A stretch of 64,000 bases of DNA, taken from NCBI GenBank assembly GCA_051047955.1, contig JBPGPT010000015.1, positions 1 through 64,000 on the forward strand, given 5' to 3'. The DNA is from Cystobasidiomycetes sp. EMM_F5 (Eukaryota). The notes under the pieces were generated by a model that saw only the letters and a list, made by a program, of their open reading frames with translations, did no database searches and was not told the origin of the DNA. The position numbers were made by a program, and so were the translations under genes. Of the stretch, positions 24,601 through 36,210 are shown piece by piece (the first letter of the stretch is position 1; every line of letters starts with the position of its first letter).

Positions 24601-25867
24601 ATCGAGTAGGCACAAATTCATCGTGTTTCTTCTGGCCTTACCCCGTCTGTACGACTACGCCCCTGCCAGCGCCGGATACCACTAAAGTGCCCATGAGCGC
24701 CATATTCTTGGTTTCGAGGAAATTCTCGGACGTTGCATCGACCTTGCATGGAACAGGGTCACTTTCGCCCGTCAAAATACTACGATCGATGGCCAAATCC
24801 GAAGAATGCTCAATAACCTATCGAAGGAGTCAATGATAAAGATCAGTCAGTAAGTAGCCCTTTTTGTTGTAGCCCTCGGTTAACCGACCCTAAGATCAGC
24901 CGGAATCTTTTGACCCAGTCCAATTTCCACGATGTCTCCCGGAACCACGTCTGCGCTGGCTATTTTGACAGGCGATCCAGCTCGAAGGACAGTTACTTCA
25001 GCTGGCAACATGCCGGTGATGGAGGCAAGGACGAGACCAGTACTGTGCTCTTGCCATGCATTGAAGACTGCTTGGATCAAGACGACAACCAAAAGTACGA
25101 TAGCCAGGGCCAAATTGGGCGGAGAAGGCGGATCACCCAGCGGTTTCCTGTGTGTCACGAACGAAAGTCATTGATGTCAGGCTGAGGCATGTGCAGGTCA
25201 ACATAGGAATGCCATAGACAAACCAGGCCAGAAAGCAGACTATGGCTGCAACAAACAGAATCGAGCCGAAACCTGAGGAAAGCTATTGCGTTAGCCGAGA
25301 CTGACCCGATCGCCTGTGGTGATGGGACCAACCTCCAAAGAACCACAAGAAGATCTTTTTCGGCCAGTTGGTACGAGGCGGGGTGATGGCATTCTTTCCA
25401 AATTCTGCGACTTTACGTTGGATCTGCTCCTTTTCGAGTCCGACGGAAGGGGAAGTACTGAGACGTTGGGCAACCTCGTTAATAGACAGCTTGTGCCAGT
25501 CAAGGTCACCGATGTCTGTTGGTTTCGAAAGAGTGGCAGTCAGATACGTGGAAATCATAAGGACTGCTAGCAATGATCTATAAATATACTCACCTTTGAC
25601 GACGCCCTTGGACGGAGCAGCCTTGCGGTGCAGCGCATCGTCGATTTGGATGCTGACCGTGCGGTAGCCGATCGGAATAGCCGTCTTTGTATCGATAGAG
25701 GCCCGTCTGGTTATGCTCCTGTCGTCCGCCACTGAAGCTATGGAGATTCTGCCAGTGTCTGTCCTCAACAGGGCGCGATCTGCGGACGGCGTCACTTGAA
25801 ACTGTTGCTGCTTCTCGGGATCAACCGCGAAGGTGAGCTTTCGCTCGAACGTCTTTGTGCGATCCAT
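21700..25867 (-). CDS. P-type ATPase resembling the Na+/K+-ATPase alpha subunit (fungal ACU-like K+/Na+ uptake ATPase), multi-exon
   Basis: LTGES, VAFIPEGLPV, CSDKTGTLT, VKGAPDVL, DPPR, MVTGD, FARTTPEQK, TGDGVNDSPSLKQADIG, YL|LPAGSFSEL; C-terminus ..SILAWLAW* with stop at 21700. Confidence 0.9.
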
Positions 25868-26824
25868 GGCAGGGTGTGTAGTTAGAGTGGGTTGTTTATC
25901 CCTGCGCGGAACGCAAAGAGACGGGAAGATTGGCAGAGGGGAGTGGGAGGCGGGTGGGAGAGAGGGAACGCTGCAGCAGCGAGTAGGCAGCCGCAGGCCG
26001 CACTTTGCACGCCCTCCCCCTTTGCGCCTGCTGGCCTATTTCCAGGCATAAAGGGCGAACTTTGGGAGTCGCTCTTTCACACCCCTTTGAAATTCATGCA
26101 CGTGTCTACACCGCCAGCTTGAATTGCCTAGCAAGGCACAAACATTCCTGGCAGGCGGCAGTCTTTGCATGACAAATAGTTGCTGCGTTTGCTGATGGAG
26201 GGATAGAAAGGATGTCAAACTTTCCCAAGTTTATCGTAGATTCGCCATGTTTGGCATATCGGCTGCATCGTAAGAGGGCTGCTTCGGTACAATTACGATT
26301 TGGTAAGAGAGCCGTCAGCATATGGCTGCAAACCGACGGAGCGCGTTGGGTGCTGGTGGTGCGGCTGTCTGTACGCGTGGATGGGAATGCGACTCTGCAA
26401 GAATGGATGAAGTCAGAACGGGAAGCTAGAGTTGCATTGGAGATGATTTGTATCGTGCAATTCAGTGGCATCACCCTCACACATTCTTGTGTATTGCCAG
26501 GTGAACGTACAGGCCGAGGAGTTGCATATTGTCAAAAGTCCTGTCCAAAGATCTCGCTTCCGCTTGCGTAAACGGAGCTACACCAAGGCTGGTACAGCAG
26601 ACGACAATACTGATTTTAGACCAGTTGGCATACACTATTGCGTGGTCTAGTAGCAAGCCCTGTATGGGGCCTGGTTGTCTACCGGCCGATTCGTCGCTTT
26701 ACGCATCTGCTTCTCGCCTTTTGACTAGCCGACGCATTCACACTGCACAAGCGCGCAGCACTATTCGCAAGGAAATCATAGTGCGCCGCTACACATCTGC
26801 ACTGCTGCGGAAAGTGTTGGGCTG

Positions 26825-27589
26825 ATGATCCATCGCCTGCAGGCCCTTTTTGCGATGGTACAGCAACCACTTAGCAAAATGGTACAAAGCACATCACTAT
26901 CTCGATGCTGGTGTTATGGCAGTGTCGGCAACCACGGCAGACGCGCTGTCTCGTCTCTGCACACGTCTCGGGCTTTCGCATGCACGTCTGGTCAATCCCA
27001 AAGCACTCGCCTACCTCAGCATTACCCGCTTCTCAGCGCACGCAATGCACAGGTCAGATCTCCCACACTAGATGCTCGCAGATACACACAGCGTTTCGCT
27101 GTTGACCCCAAGAGCACTTCCTCACGACCCGACAGTTTTGAGCCGAGTCCGATCCTAGCAAAGTTACAACATCGGCGCAATAAGGCCGAAGCAGCTGGTT
27201 CTGCTGGTTCCACTGGGTCTTCCAGAAGTATACCTTCTCGCGTCGGCGGACTTGCTCTACGCAGTCTGACACCCGCAGCAATCAGCGAAGAGTATGAGCG
27301 CAGTTCTCTGGATGCGACCCTGAGCCATATCCGTCATTCCGTCACTCCTACATCATCTCGTTCAGTCAGCGTCTCATCGGTGGACGCCTTTGCAAAACAG
27401 TACCGAAGGCTGTCGGGCGGTATCGTAAATGCCAACAACCTGCGAAATGAACAACGACTGCAAGCGCGCTATGAAAAGCCAAAATACATGCGTCAACGGC
27501 TGCGCAGTGCACGCCATCGGAGACGTTTTGCCGAGTTCATCGCACGAAAGGTATCAGCCGTGATGCGAGCCAAGCACCAAGGCATGTAG
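26825..27589 (+). CDS. MRP21: Mitochondrial ribosomal protein bS21m
   Basis: Long basic Ser/Arg-rich N-terminus and a C-terminal S21 domain RYEKPKYMRQRLRSARHRRRF. The start codon is uncertain (26825, 26855 or 26879). Confidence 0.8.
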   Translation: MIHRLQALFAMVQQPLSKMVQSTSLSRCWCYGSVGNHGRRAVSSLHTSRAFACTSGQSQSTRLPQHYPLLSARNAQVRSPTLDARRYTQRFAVDPKSTSSRPDSFEPSPILAKLQHRRNKAEAAGSAGSTGSSRSIPSRVGGLALRSLTPAAISEEYERSSLDATLSHIRHSVTPTSSRSVSVSSVDAFAKQYRRLSGGIVNANNLRNEQRLQARYEKPKYMRQRLRSARHRRRFAEFIARKVSAVMRAKHQGM

Positions 27590-27759
27590 TGGGATTCGCT
27601 TCGGCTCATGAAACCGGGTAGATAAGGACAGTAAAAATACTGTCATTTCGGCCAGACAAGCCTAACATCATAACACAGCAAGTCACGTATGGAATGAATA
27701 CACGCGTGCTTGTGCCGATACATCCATGCTATGTACGCGCAGCTTGCACGCGAATCTAA

Positions 27760-30465
27760 TCAGGGCCCGAACAATGACTGTGTTGCCCAATCATGAGTGA
27801 GATCTCCGATGCCCATGTGTACGCTATTGGATTGCTCTGTATTTATCCAGGCGTTGAATGACGCATTATCAGCTGCCAAGCTGGTCGTCTGATCAAACAA
27901 CATGCTGTCGGTTGGCAGAGCTCCGAAGGTGGGGTTGCGTATCGATGACAGCAATTCGAAAAAGTCTGTCCGCTGACCGTCGTCGCTGCTGTTCCCGGTC
28001 GCCGGCATAGGGAAGGGCGTAGTGAGCGTTGTTCGCAAAGCAGACCGCAACGTTGATGTTCGCATATCATCTGCGGTTGTCGGCGCATGTGAGATTGCCC
28101 TAGCACTCTTGATGATGCTCTTCAGGCACTGTGCGGCAGCTGCTCTGGCTGCAGGACTTGGTAGATGAGGAACTATAGAATCGAGAGGAGGCGGATCTGA
28201 AGACGAAAGGAATCGTTGGGCTGCTGACAATGCTGCAGCTGCCCTAGAAGTATCTCCAATACAGTACAGTGCAGACTCGGGGTTCTCCAAGTCGACCAGA
28301 AAGCATGCGAGAACAGCGAAGCTGGCAGAGTAGACATAGTACATTTGGTACCCTTGGGCCAAGTCAGCATCACTTTTACAAGATCATAACTGGGTAGCCT
28401 ACACCACGGTCCCTTGAGGTAGCTGGTTTCACCGTCTGCCACAATCTCCAGCATCTTCACCGCTGCATCACAGCATAGACGTGCACTAGCCCTTGCCATC
28501 ATGACCTCAAGCTGAGTATGAATCTTGGTGGAACCGTCATGATCTGCTCGGTCTCCACGACTCAGCGACGACAGAAGGGGGCGATGAAGCAGCTGCCGTG
28601 TGTTGAGGAGTCGTGTCTGCAGGACCAGGGCTTGATAGATGCTGCCAGAGTATGAAGGTCGGCCTGTCGACACTGGCAAGTGTAGTTCGGCAGGGATGGA
28701 CAGCGCGAGCGTATCCAATTGACGCTCAAGTCGCAAAGTGGACTCGTGTAGAGTAGGTTTCCCATTGTATAACTCGTGGATGATCTGCAGCTGTACACCA
28801 TACAGCGCATGTGACAAAGAGAAGAAGTTGGCTGTTGATCCGTCATTAAAAGCGGATGTCGGACTGATGTCTGTATTCGGGAGCAGGGTTGGTGGCAGAC
28901 CCAATGTTGCTGCAGTTGTAGCTTCCAGACTGAGAGCACCGGCGTACGCTCGACGGCGTACTTCTGCTTCGATGGTGCCAAGCTTCCTATACGTCGAGGG
29001 TAAATGTAATCCCTGGACGAGTGCGAACCGCACGGCGTGACCGACAGTGTTCCAACACAAAGTCGGCTGATTTATCGACTGAAGATACGTGCCCTGTAAT
29101 ACATAATGGTCAGTATACTTCCGTGAGCCGTCGTTCCGGTACTCACCATAAGTAAAACGCACTGAAGTGCCAGTATGCTTTCGGCTTGCAGAACGAGCGG
29201 GTACATGATGGCCAGACTCCGCTGATAAAAGCTGACTCCGTACTGGAATTCCTCCCCCGGTAGAATACCAGTGCCTCCAACCTGGCACGCAATTGCATAC
29301 ATCTGATTGAGAAGACCGAGAAAGCGCTTGTCGGGATCAGCGCTTGATGAGAAGGTACTTTCGTATGTTTGCATAAAGGATGGCCTGGGATAATAGCGTT
29401 AGCGAGGCCATCTTGATACGCATTGCCTTGCATACCAATGAAGAATAGGAAGGACTGGTAGAGAAACGGACACTTAGTCACATAACTTGACGTAGTATGC
29501 GTATGCGTACTGGGATGAACACGTTGCTCATACGCTTGTATGAGTCGATCGGACAATGATCGATGGGGAAGCGAGTACAGCTCTTGAGTCCGGCGCCCAA
29601 AGGCAAACACATTTGGCTGCTCGGAATCACCTTTACGTCGAGGTTTTGCCAGCTTTGTGATGGCAAGCCCCGTCAACCGTTTCGTAGCACTTTCCACATC
29701 TTTGACCAGTGTTCCGGTCGAGGAAGATCCAACAACCGGAGATGCAACCAGAGTCAGCAAGTTTTCAGCTCCTGCCGCCGCCTCTACATCGCTCGCATCT
29801 TCATTGGCATCAGAAGAGTCTGATGGTGAAGATGGTTGCGTTTTTGGGTGTAGTTGAGAGTGCGGCTGCTGTTGCGGAGTTGTTTCGGTGCCTGCGCTGT
29901 GCGGAGAACCGTCAAGAGGCGCTTGATACGGTTGTTGAAATTGCGCGAGCGAATGCTGAGGGTTTACCTGAGGAAACGCGATGTGACTATTTTCAAGTGG
30001 AAAGAGGTGTTGAGTTGGAAAGGTGAGATGCGACATTGGAGGTAGGCTCAGCGGGACCAAATTTGGCGGCGTGTAGGACACCGCGGAGAGAGGGAGCGAA
30101 GCGCCTGCAGGGTTGTCAGTGGCCGGTAGTATGGAGATGCTGCTTCTTCCCTCCGGATAGCAACACGTATCGGCTCTTCCGTAGCCGGCGCACTTTCCGC
30201 ACGGTCTCTGACCATCGCACTGCTCCTTCCTGCGCCTGCAGGTCACTGGATGAATCCATCAGCTGATGTAAGCTTCTACGGCATCGAAGCACATCCCAAG
30301 CCCCGTTCCGAAAGGTGCATAGTCCTTCTTCGGCCCATCCCGAAATCCCGAAAACTCACGGCACGCTATAGCAGTCCTCCTGCGTTTGAGCTTTGTCGGG
30401 TCGTGCTGCTTCTTTCGCTTGACGGCAGTATCCGATGGTCCTGCAGACTGCTGCTCAGGCTCCAT
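27760..30465 (-). CDS. Zn(II)2Cys6 transcription factor with fungal-specific TF domain
   Basis: RRRTAIAC|..CRRRKEQCDGQRPCGKC..C, VGSSSTG, CWNTVGHAVRFALVQGLH, EVRRRAY, LLHRP. Confidence 0.9.
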
Positions 30466-30775
30466 GTTGGGTCCGTGAAGCTCACTCTGTTGGTGTGCAA
30501 AGCTGCAGAGCTTTTCGGCAGGGACCCTTCAGAGCCGATCATACTGCGAATCGTGACAAAGGTCTGCAGTCTTGACGTTGAATAAAGTACAAGATAGCGA
30601 CCATCATGACTGCTGTCTGAGTGGTGCACGCCGTCTGACTGTACCGCTGCCATGCTCTGAGAACTCTTTCTTTCCAGAGCCTCAGGCGGAAACAACAGTC
30701 GTGGCGTTAAACGTCAGTCCATTGAGGATACCAAAATTTCCATTGCTACAACGTATGAAGTCAAGCCGATAAGAG

Positions 30776-33700
30776 ATGCGGCTACCTGGGTTGGGGCGCA
30801 CTACCAAGAAGTCGCAGACCTTGCCGACCAAGTCTGATGAGTTGGGCAAATCAGCTGTCAGTCCTGACCAAACCGCCTCTGGCCCGATAGTCCAGAGCAG
30901 TGATGATGGTGACTCCCAGTATGCGACCCTTCCGGGGAGTGAGCATCGTCTTCATTCGACATCGGCATCGCTGGTTAACGAGTTTGGGCGGTCGGGATAC
31001 GCCTTGAATGGTGGAGGTCACGCCGACACTGCGCCCTCTTCCGCGCCTGCTACAACACCCAAACGTTCCTTCTTCCGCCGAGGCAAATCCTACTCTATCT
31101 CTCTCGCTGCAGCAGTGTCGAATGCAGACAAAACGCCTCCGCAGCCCGTCACCCGTCCGTCTAATGACTTCAGCCACCCTTTACGTCAGCAGACACTTCC
31201 AGTCGACCTCGTCGAGAGTACCAGCAAGCGCAATCGACAAGCCAAGGCTTCAGATACTAGTACTGAGTCTAGAAAATCTATCCTTGGTTTTGCCAAACGA
31301 TCGAGTTCCTTCTTTGCATACAGCAGTGCACAGGCATCCACCAGCGCAGTCACCCTGCCTTCAAACTCAGATACTGGTCATGGCGACGTTACGCCCTTGC
31401 CTTCTGGCAACGACACTGAGCGGCCATTGCATAATACTACGGCATCCTTCCAGTTGCGATCTTTCCGCAATGCCTCGCAGAGGCCGGACCCTCGAGCATT
31501 AAATCCGATTAGTATAACCGCACTGGCGGAGCAAGAGAGAGCTACATATGACGCGGAAAAGTCAGGGATTACTGCATCTCCAGTCAGCACACGCCCTCAT
31601 TCTCCTGCATCCTGGTATCAGGACGGTGTAAGCTCGCAAATCATGACCGCCCCGCCAAGCGCGCAGCGACCGTCGCACAGCAGGCAAGGATCTTCGCCAG
31701 GCTCCATCTCTGTTGCTAAATTTCGTGAAGCCAAAGCTGCCCGATCGACGACATCCCTGCATAGTTTAGGCAGCCACTCCGGCGCACCACCTACTGGTAG
31801 TGGCAGCCTGAACCTAGATCTCCCACCAGTGATACCTTACAGTGGTATGACCCGAAGTGCTGCGAGTGACACCGGTTCTGTCTACCATGATGCTATCCAA
31901 GAAGTCATTAAGCGGGCGAGTACCTCGTTTCCAAGCGGTATCGCAGATGATGGGCTCCCACGATTACCATCCAGGCAAACGACCACTGCTATGCCTTATG
32001 CGCGGAGCGAAGGCTTCGTTGTTGAGTCACGGCGCGGTATTGCGGCTCCGGTGACAGCCCCCTCATCACCTCGCACAGCAAATCTCTCGCCCCCACCATT
32101 TTCATCGTCCCGAAGCGACATCGGGCATGGCGCAAGTACGTACGACGAGTATAGCTCTTCCAGAAGTCGTAGACTGTCGAATACGTCTGCTACATCTGCT
32201 GGATTCCGAACTACTCGACTAGCAGTTCACCCAGATGTAGCTCTACCGTTACCACCAATTCCTCAGGATCCCAACGCTCACAAGACGACCTCTACTGCGC
32301 CCGCTAGCACACCTGCCTTCATGGGACATTCCAGAAGAGGCTCAGTGCAATCTACGACCTCCGTATCGTCTGTTTTCGGCAATTGGCTCTCCGCTCAGAC
32401 CGCTAATCTAGGTCTGGCAGCAGCTGTCGAAGACGTCCACAGAACTTTGACGGATAAAATCAGTCAAGTGGCTCCCACCATCGGCAATCCATTGAACTTG
32501 AAATCTGCTATGGTTGGGACGCTCCACCAGCCTCTCCAGGATAGTGTGCTAGTTGTAGCTGGATCGCCGGACATCTCGAGCATCGCCGATCCGCTAAAGC
32601 AGAGCACGGCTAGCAACGAACAAGAAATTTTGGCCTCATCGCATGGTTCGAACAACACAGATACGGGCTTTACAGGCAAGGACTTATCGCCAGCTGAGAT
32701 TGACGAGCTGCTCGGCGGGAAAACTCTTCCTCCGCCGCCTAGCATTATCGATGATGAATTATCAGGACTGATTGCAAGCAACAACTTGGCTGCCCAGTCA
32801 TATAACGACAAGGCAAATGCACTTCCTGCTAGTCCTAGCCATACACCATCCCAGGGTAATTCTAGCTTGAGTAGCTTCCGAAATGCTGCTGCGGCCTTAT
32901 CTAGTGAAGTCATCAAATTTGCCAAAGCACCAGCTTTGTCCACCACGGGAGGTGAACGTCATACGGAAAATAGCAGTAAGACATTGGCGTCGGCCATGGC
33001 TTCAAGGCCGTCAATCAGCAAGCCTAAGGGATTATTTGGAGGCGAAAGCGATTCAGACTCCGACTCCGACGTGGATAGCCACGATACCAATAATTCCGAT
33101 GCCAGTCAAGAGCGAGCTGCGCGAGATCAAAAGTCACGAACATTCCCACCACCTCGACCAGTTACTGCTGAAGAGCGTCAGAAGGTATATGCGTCTGCAA
33201 ATGCGAGCACGTCAAACACGCCGCAGATCAGCAATACGAACTTGTCAACCACTCCAGTGGCTTCAGTGTCTGCGTCATTTAAAGCGGTAACAATGCCAAC
33301 GGCAACGAGAGCGGTAAGCCACGATAGCAACTACTAAGTATTTAATATGTGGCTTACATTGCGCGTCTAGCCATTGACTCTCAGTGCCCTGAATGCACTG
33401 AATAAGGACGAAGATGATGAAGAAGACATGCCTCTTACAGCTATCGTGGCTAAGAGAGGGGCTCAGTCCGAAATGGGCATGATTCCGCGTTCGTCTGGAG
33501 CGCAACATCATCGGAAACCCATGTTTGGTTCAACTATCGGCGTACCCACTCCTCCTATGCCAACCGCTTCAAGAAGACATCCTGCGGCCAGCTCCCTAGG
33601 CCTGCCTGCAGTTCATCCTCCGCGATCTTCCAGCAGACTTGGGCCTGCTCTGCCGTCCAGCTCGGCGTCAAGTGTCTCGATGCAGTCCAGATCGCTTTCA

Positions 33701-34551
33701 GGATTGACACAGGGCTCTGCGAAGCCACCTCTCATTCACAAGTCCCATTCAAATAGCTCAGTGCCATCACTCGGTTCGCTGATCGCTGCCGAACTGCGAT
33801 ATTCGAAATTGAGTGTCCCATTGCCTCAAGATGTAGCAAGTGTCAGCACCCAGCGCATACCTTCGGCATCGAGTGCAAGTAGTGGCTCCAGTGTCCTAAG
33901 GACTCCGAGCGAATTGTCAGCGGTGACGCCGGCCGGTTCCGGCTTCAAAGCTCAGCACTCATCGCGCCGCAGTGAGATTGGGATCAGCATGCATGCAGCA
34001 GAGATGTCGAGTCACAATCATGGCCTGAAACACAGCAAAACACGTTCAGTGCCATTTGTTCAACTAAGCGAGGATGACAATCCGATGATGGGTCATAAAC
34101 AGTTGCCAAAAGGCCGTGATGCATCGCGACAGGACAGCACTCTTAACTACGGGCTTAGTGGAAACATGCCCCCGACATTTCTCGCCGGCGGCTTGCCCGC
34201 CGTACATCATTTAGGTTGTCCGCCTGGAGTAGATCCCCTGTTATATGCTTCCTGTAAGTGAACCTTCCTCATTCGCCTAAACTCATTGGCCTTACATCAA
34301 TTGTCTTTCATGCAGTACCCAACGATCAGAAGCTGGCGCTTCAGCAACGATCTCAGCAATTGGTGACGATGATGCAGTCGTACGCCGTGCAGGCTCCGCA
34401 CCGACCGCCACCATTCGCTGGCAACGGTCACATGTCCACAATGGGACCGATGCCAATGTTTGGCAATGCCTACGCATTCTACGGACATCAAAGTCACTGG
34501 GCTGATCAGCCAAACTTTTATCCTTACAGTCAGATGGGTTTCCAGTCGTAA
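30776..34551 (+). CDS. Large Ser/Pro/Thr-rich, probably disordered protein of unknown function (3 exons inferred)
   Basis: An 853-aa ORF plus downstream 295-aa and 97-aa ORFs joined by plausible GT-AG introns (about 33315-33370 and 34255-34315). No domain recognised. Confidence 0.75.
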
Positions 34552-34818
34552 AGAGTGTCGGAGTGCAATGCAGATTGTAGCATAGGTATTCTTGACGTTA
34601 TTGCGTTGATGCGATGAACAAGATGTGCTTGCAACATCAATGCCCACGAGCTTCGATGTGCTTTTGGTCATTAACGCGCTCGTGCTTCCAGGTCAACCAC
34701 CCTGGGACCCAAAGTTGAAAGGATGCTACGCATAGCAACCTGAGATCTTGACCTACAGAAGGCCCGTCGAGTCATATCTGGTCGGCTGCGACCACCATGC
34801 GTACGACACCACATCGGC

Positions 34819-36046
34819 ATGGTGATGGTTTCAGAATTTCAGCGCGACGCGGACCAACTACCACTGCACAATCGCCGCGACCGCAAAGGCGGCCGGCCAT
34901 CAAGGCGTAGAGATCTCCTAAGAGGCACAATTCATGACTTAAAGACTGCCCTGCTGCGAAGGCGCCTGCCTATCCTTCTGGTTGCGGCAGTAGCTGCTCT
35001 GACATGGCGGTTCTCCGAGAGACGTCGGCAGGAGATGGCAATTGTTCGCATAAGTTGCAGTTCACCAGAGTCGTGGCGCTATTGGAATATACCCGACCTG
35101 TTTCTACCTGGAAGCGCATTCTTTACCGAGCAAGAATGGTTCTCTCCAGCAGCATCATCCGCTCAGTCGGCACCATCTCGCATATCCATCCTGCAGGCTT
35201 GCGAAGTGCCGTACAGACACTCTCAGGAGTTGACGCAGCTTTTGCAAAACCATCGCGGATACGCTCAGCGAAACGGATACGAGTATAATCTATGGACTGG
35301 ACAGCGCGCGCAAGGATCGACCAAAGAACGCGGTACCTGGAGCAAGATTCAAGCAGTACAGTACGCCTTGCAAGCTGAACTCGCAAAGCCGGCCAAGGAT
35401 CGTCTAGAGTGGATATTGTAAGGCATGGGGCATGCGCGCACCTTTCGTCTTGCTGATAAAACGGCAGTCACACGGACGCCGACACGCTTATAGTAAATCC
35501 GAATGTTGCTTTAGCATCTCTCCTACCGCCTGAGACAGAACATCGTCCGTATCTGCTCATTGCGCGTGGGTGGTGTTACATAGTCCTGCAATGTGTGTGC
35601 TGACACTGGTGACGTGTCCAGGAGATCACAATGCGATTAACGCTGGCGTTTTCCTGATGCGAGTCAACAAACGATCTCTCAAGCTGCTCGACGATATACT
35701 TCAGTACCCGCGTCATGGGCTGAGATGGCAGGAGCAGAGCGTGTTAATCAAATTGATTAATAGCGGAGGCTTGGAAGAAAAGGGCGACGTTGCTGTGCTG
35801 CCAGCGAGCTTCTTCAACTCATACGATGGCAGAAGTGCTTACGAACAAGGACACGGCCATTCACCTGTCTTCCAGTTGCACTTTCCAAGCAAACGCTTCA
35901 AGAGGCTGTCATTGCTCCCAATCTTGCGGGACCTACATATAGGCACGCTAAGCAAGAACGGCGCTCTGGCATTTTCGGAAGCCGACACGATTGCGCGCCA
36001 GGCGGCCGAGTTCTGGATGGAGTGGCAGAGGCAGCATCCGTTGTAA
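34819..36046 (+). CDS. Glycosyltransferase family 34 (Mnn10/Gma12-like), type II membrane protein
   Basis: N-terminal TM helix (LPILLVAAVAALTW), HRGYAQRNGY, WSKIQA, EWIL|HTDADTLIVNP (DxD motif), DHNAINAGVFLMR, EQSVL. Confidence 0.85.
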
Positions 36047-36210
36047 CATGAAAGTTGACTGTCTTGCCCGGTTTGAGACGTCGATCACGGGTGGCCTCCA
36101 CTGTACTTTGTGGAGGCAAGCGGTTTTGACAAGCCCCGCCTGAAGGCTAAACACAATAACACGACCACGTATGTTTCGTGATGCTGTGATAGTTCTCTGG
36201 TGTGCGCAGT

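Noticed and set aside
25933..25976. G-quadruplex-like motif upstream of the ATPase
   Set aside because: On the gene's sense strand it is a CT-rich tract, common in fungal core promoters.
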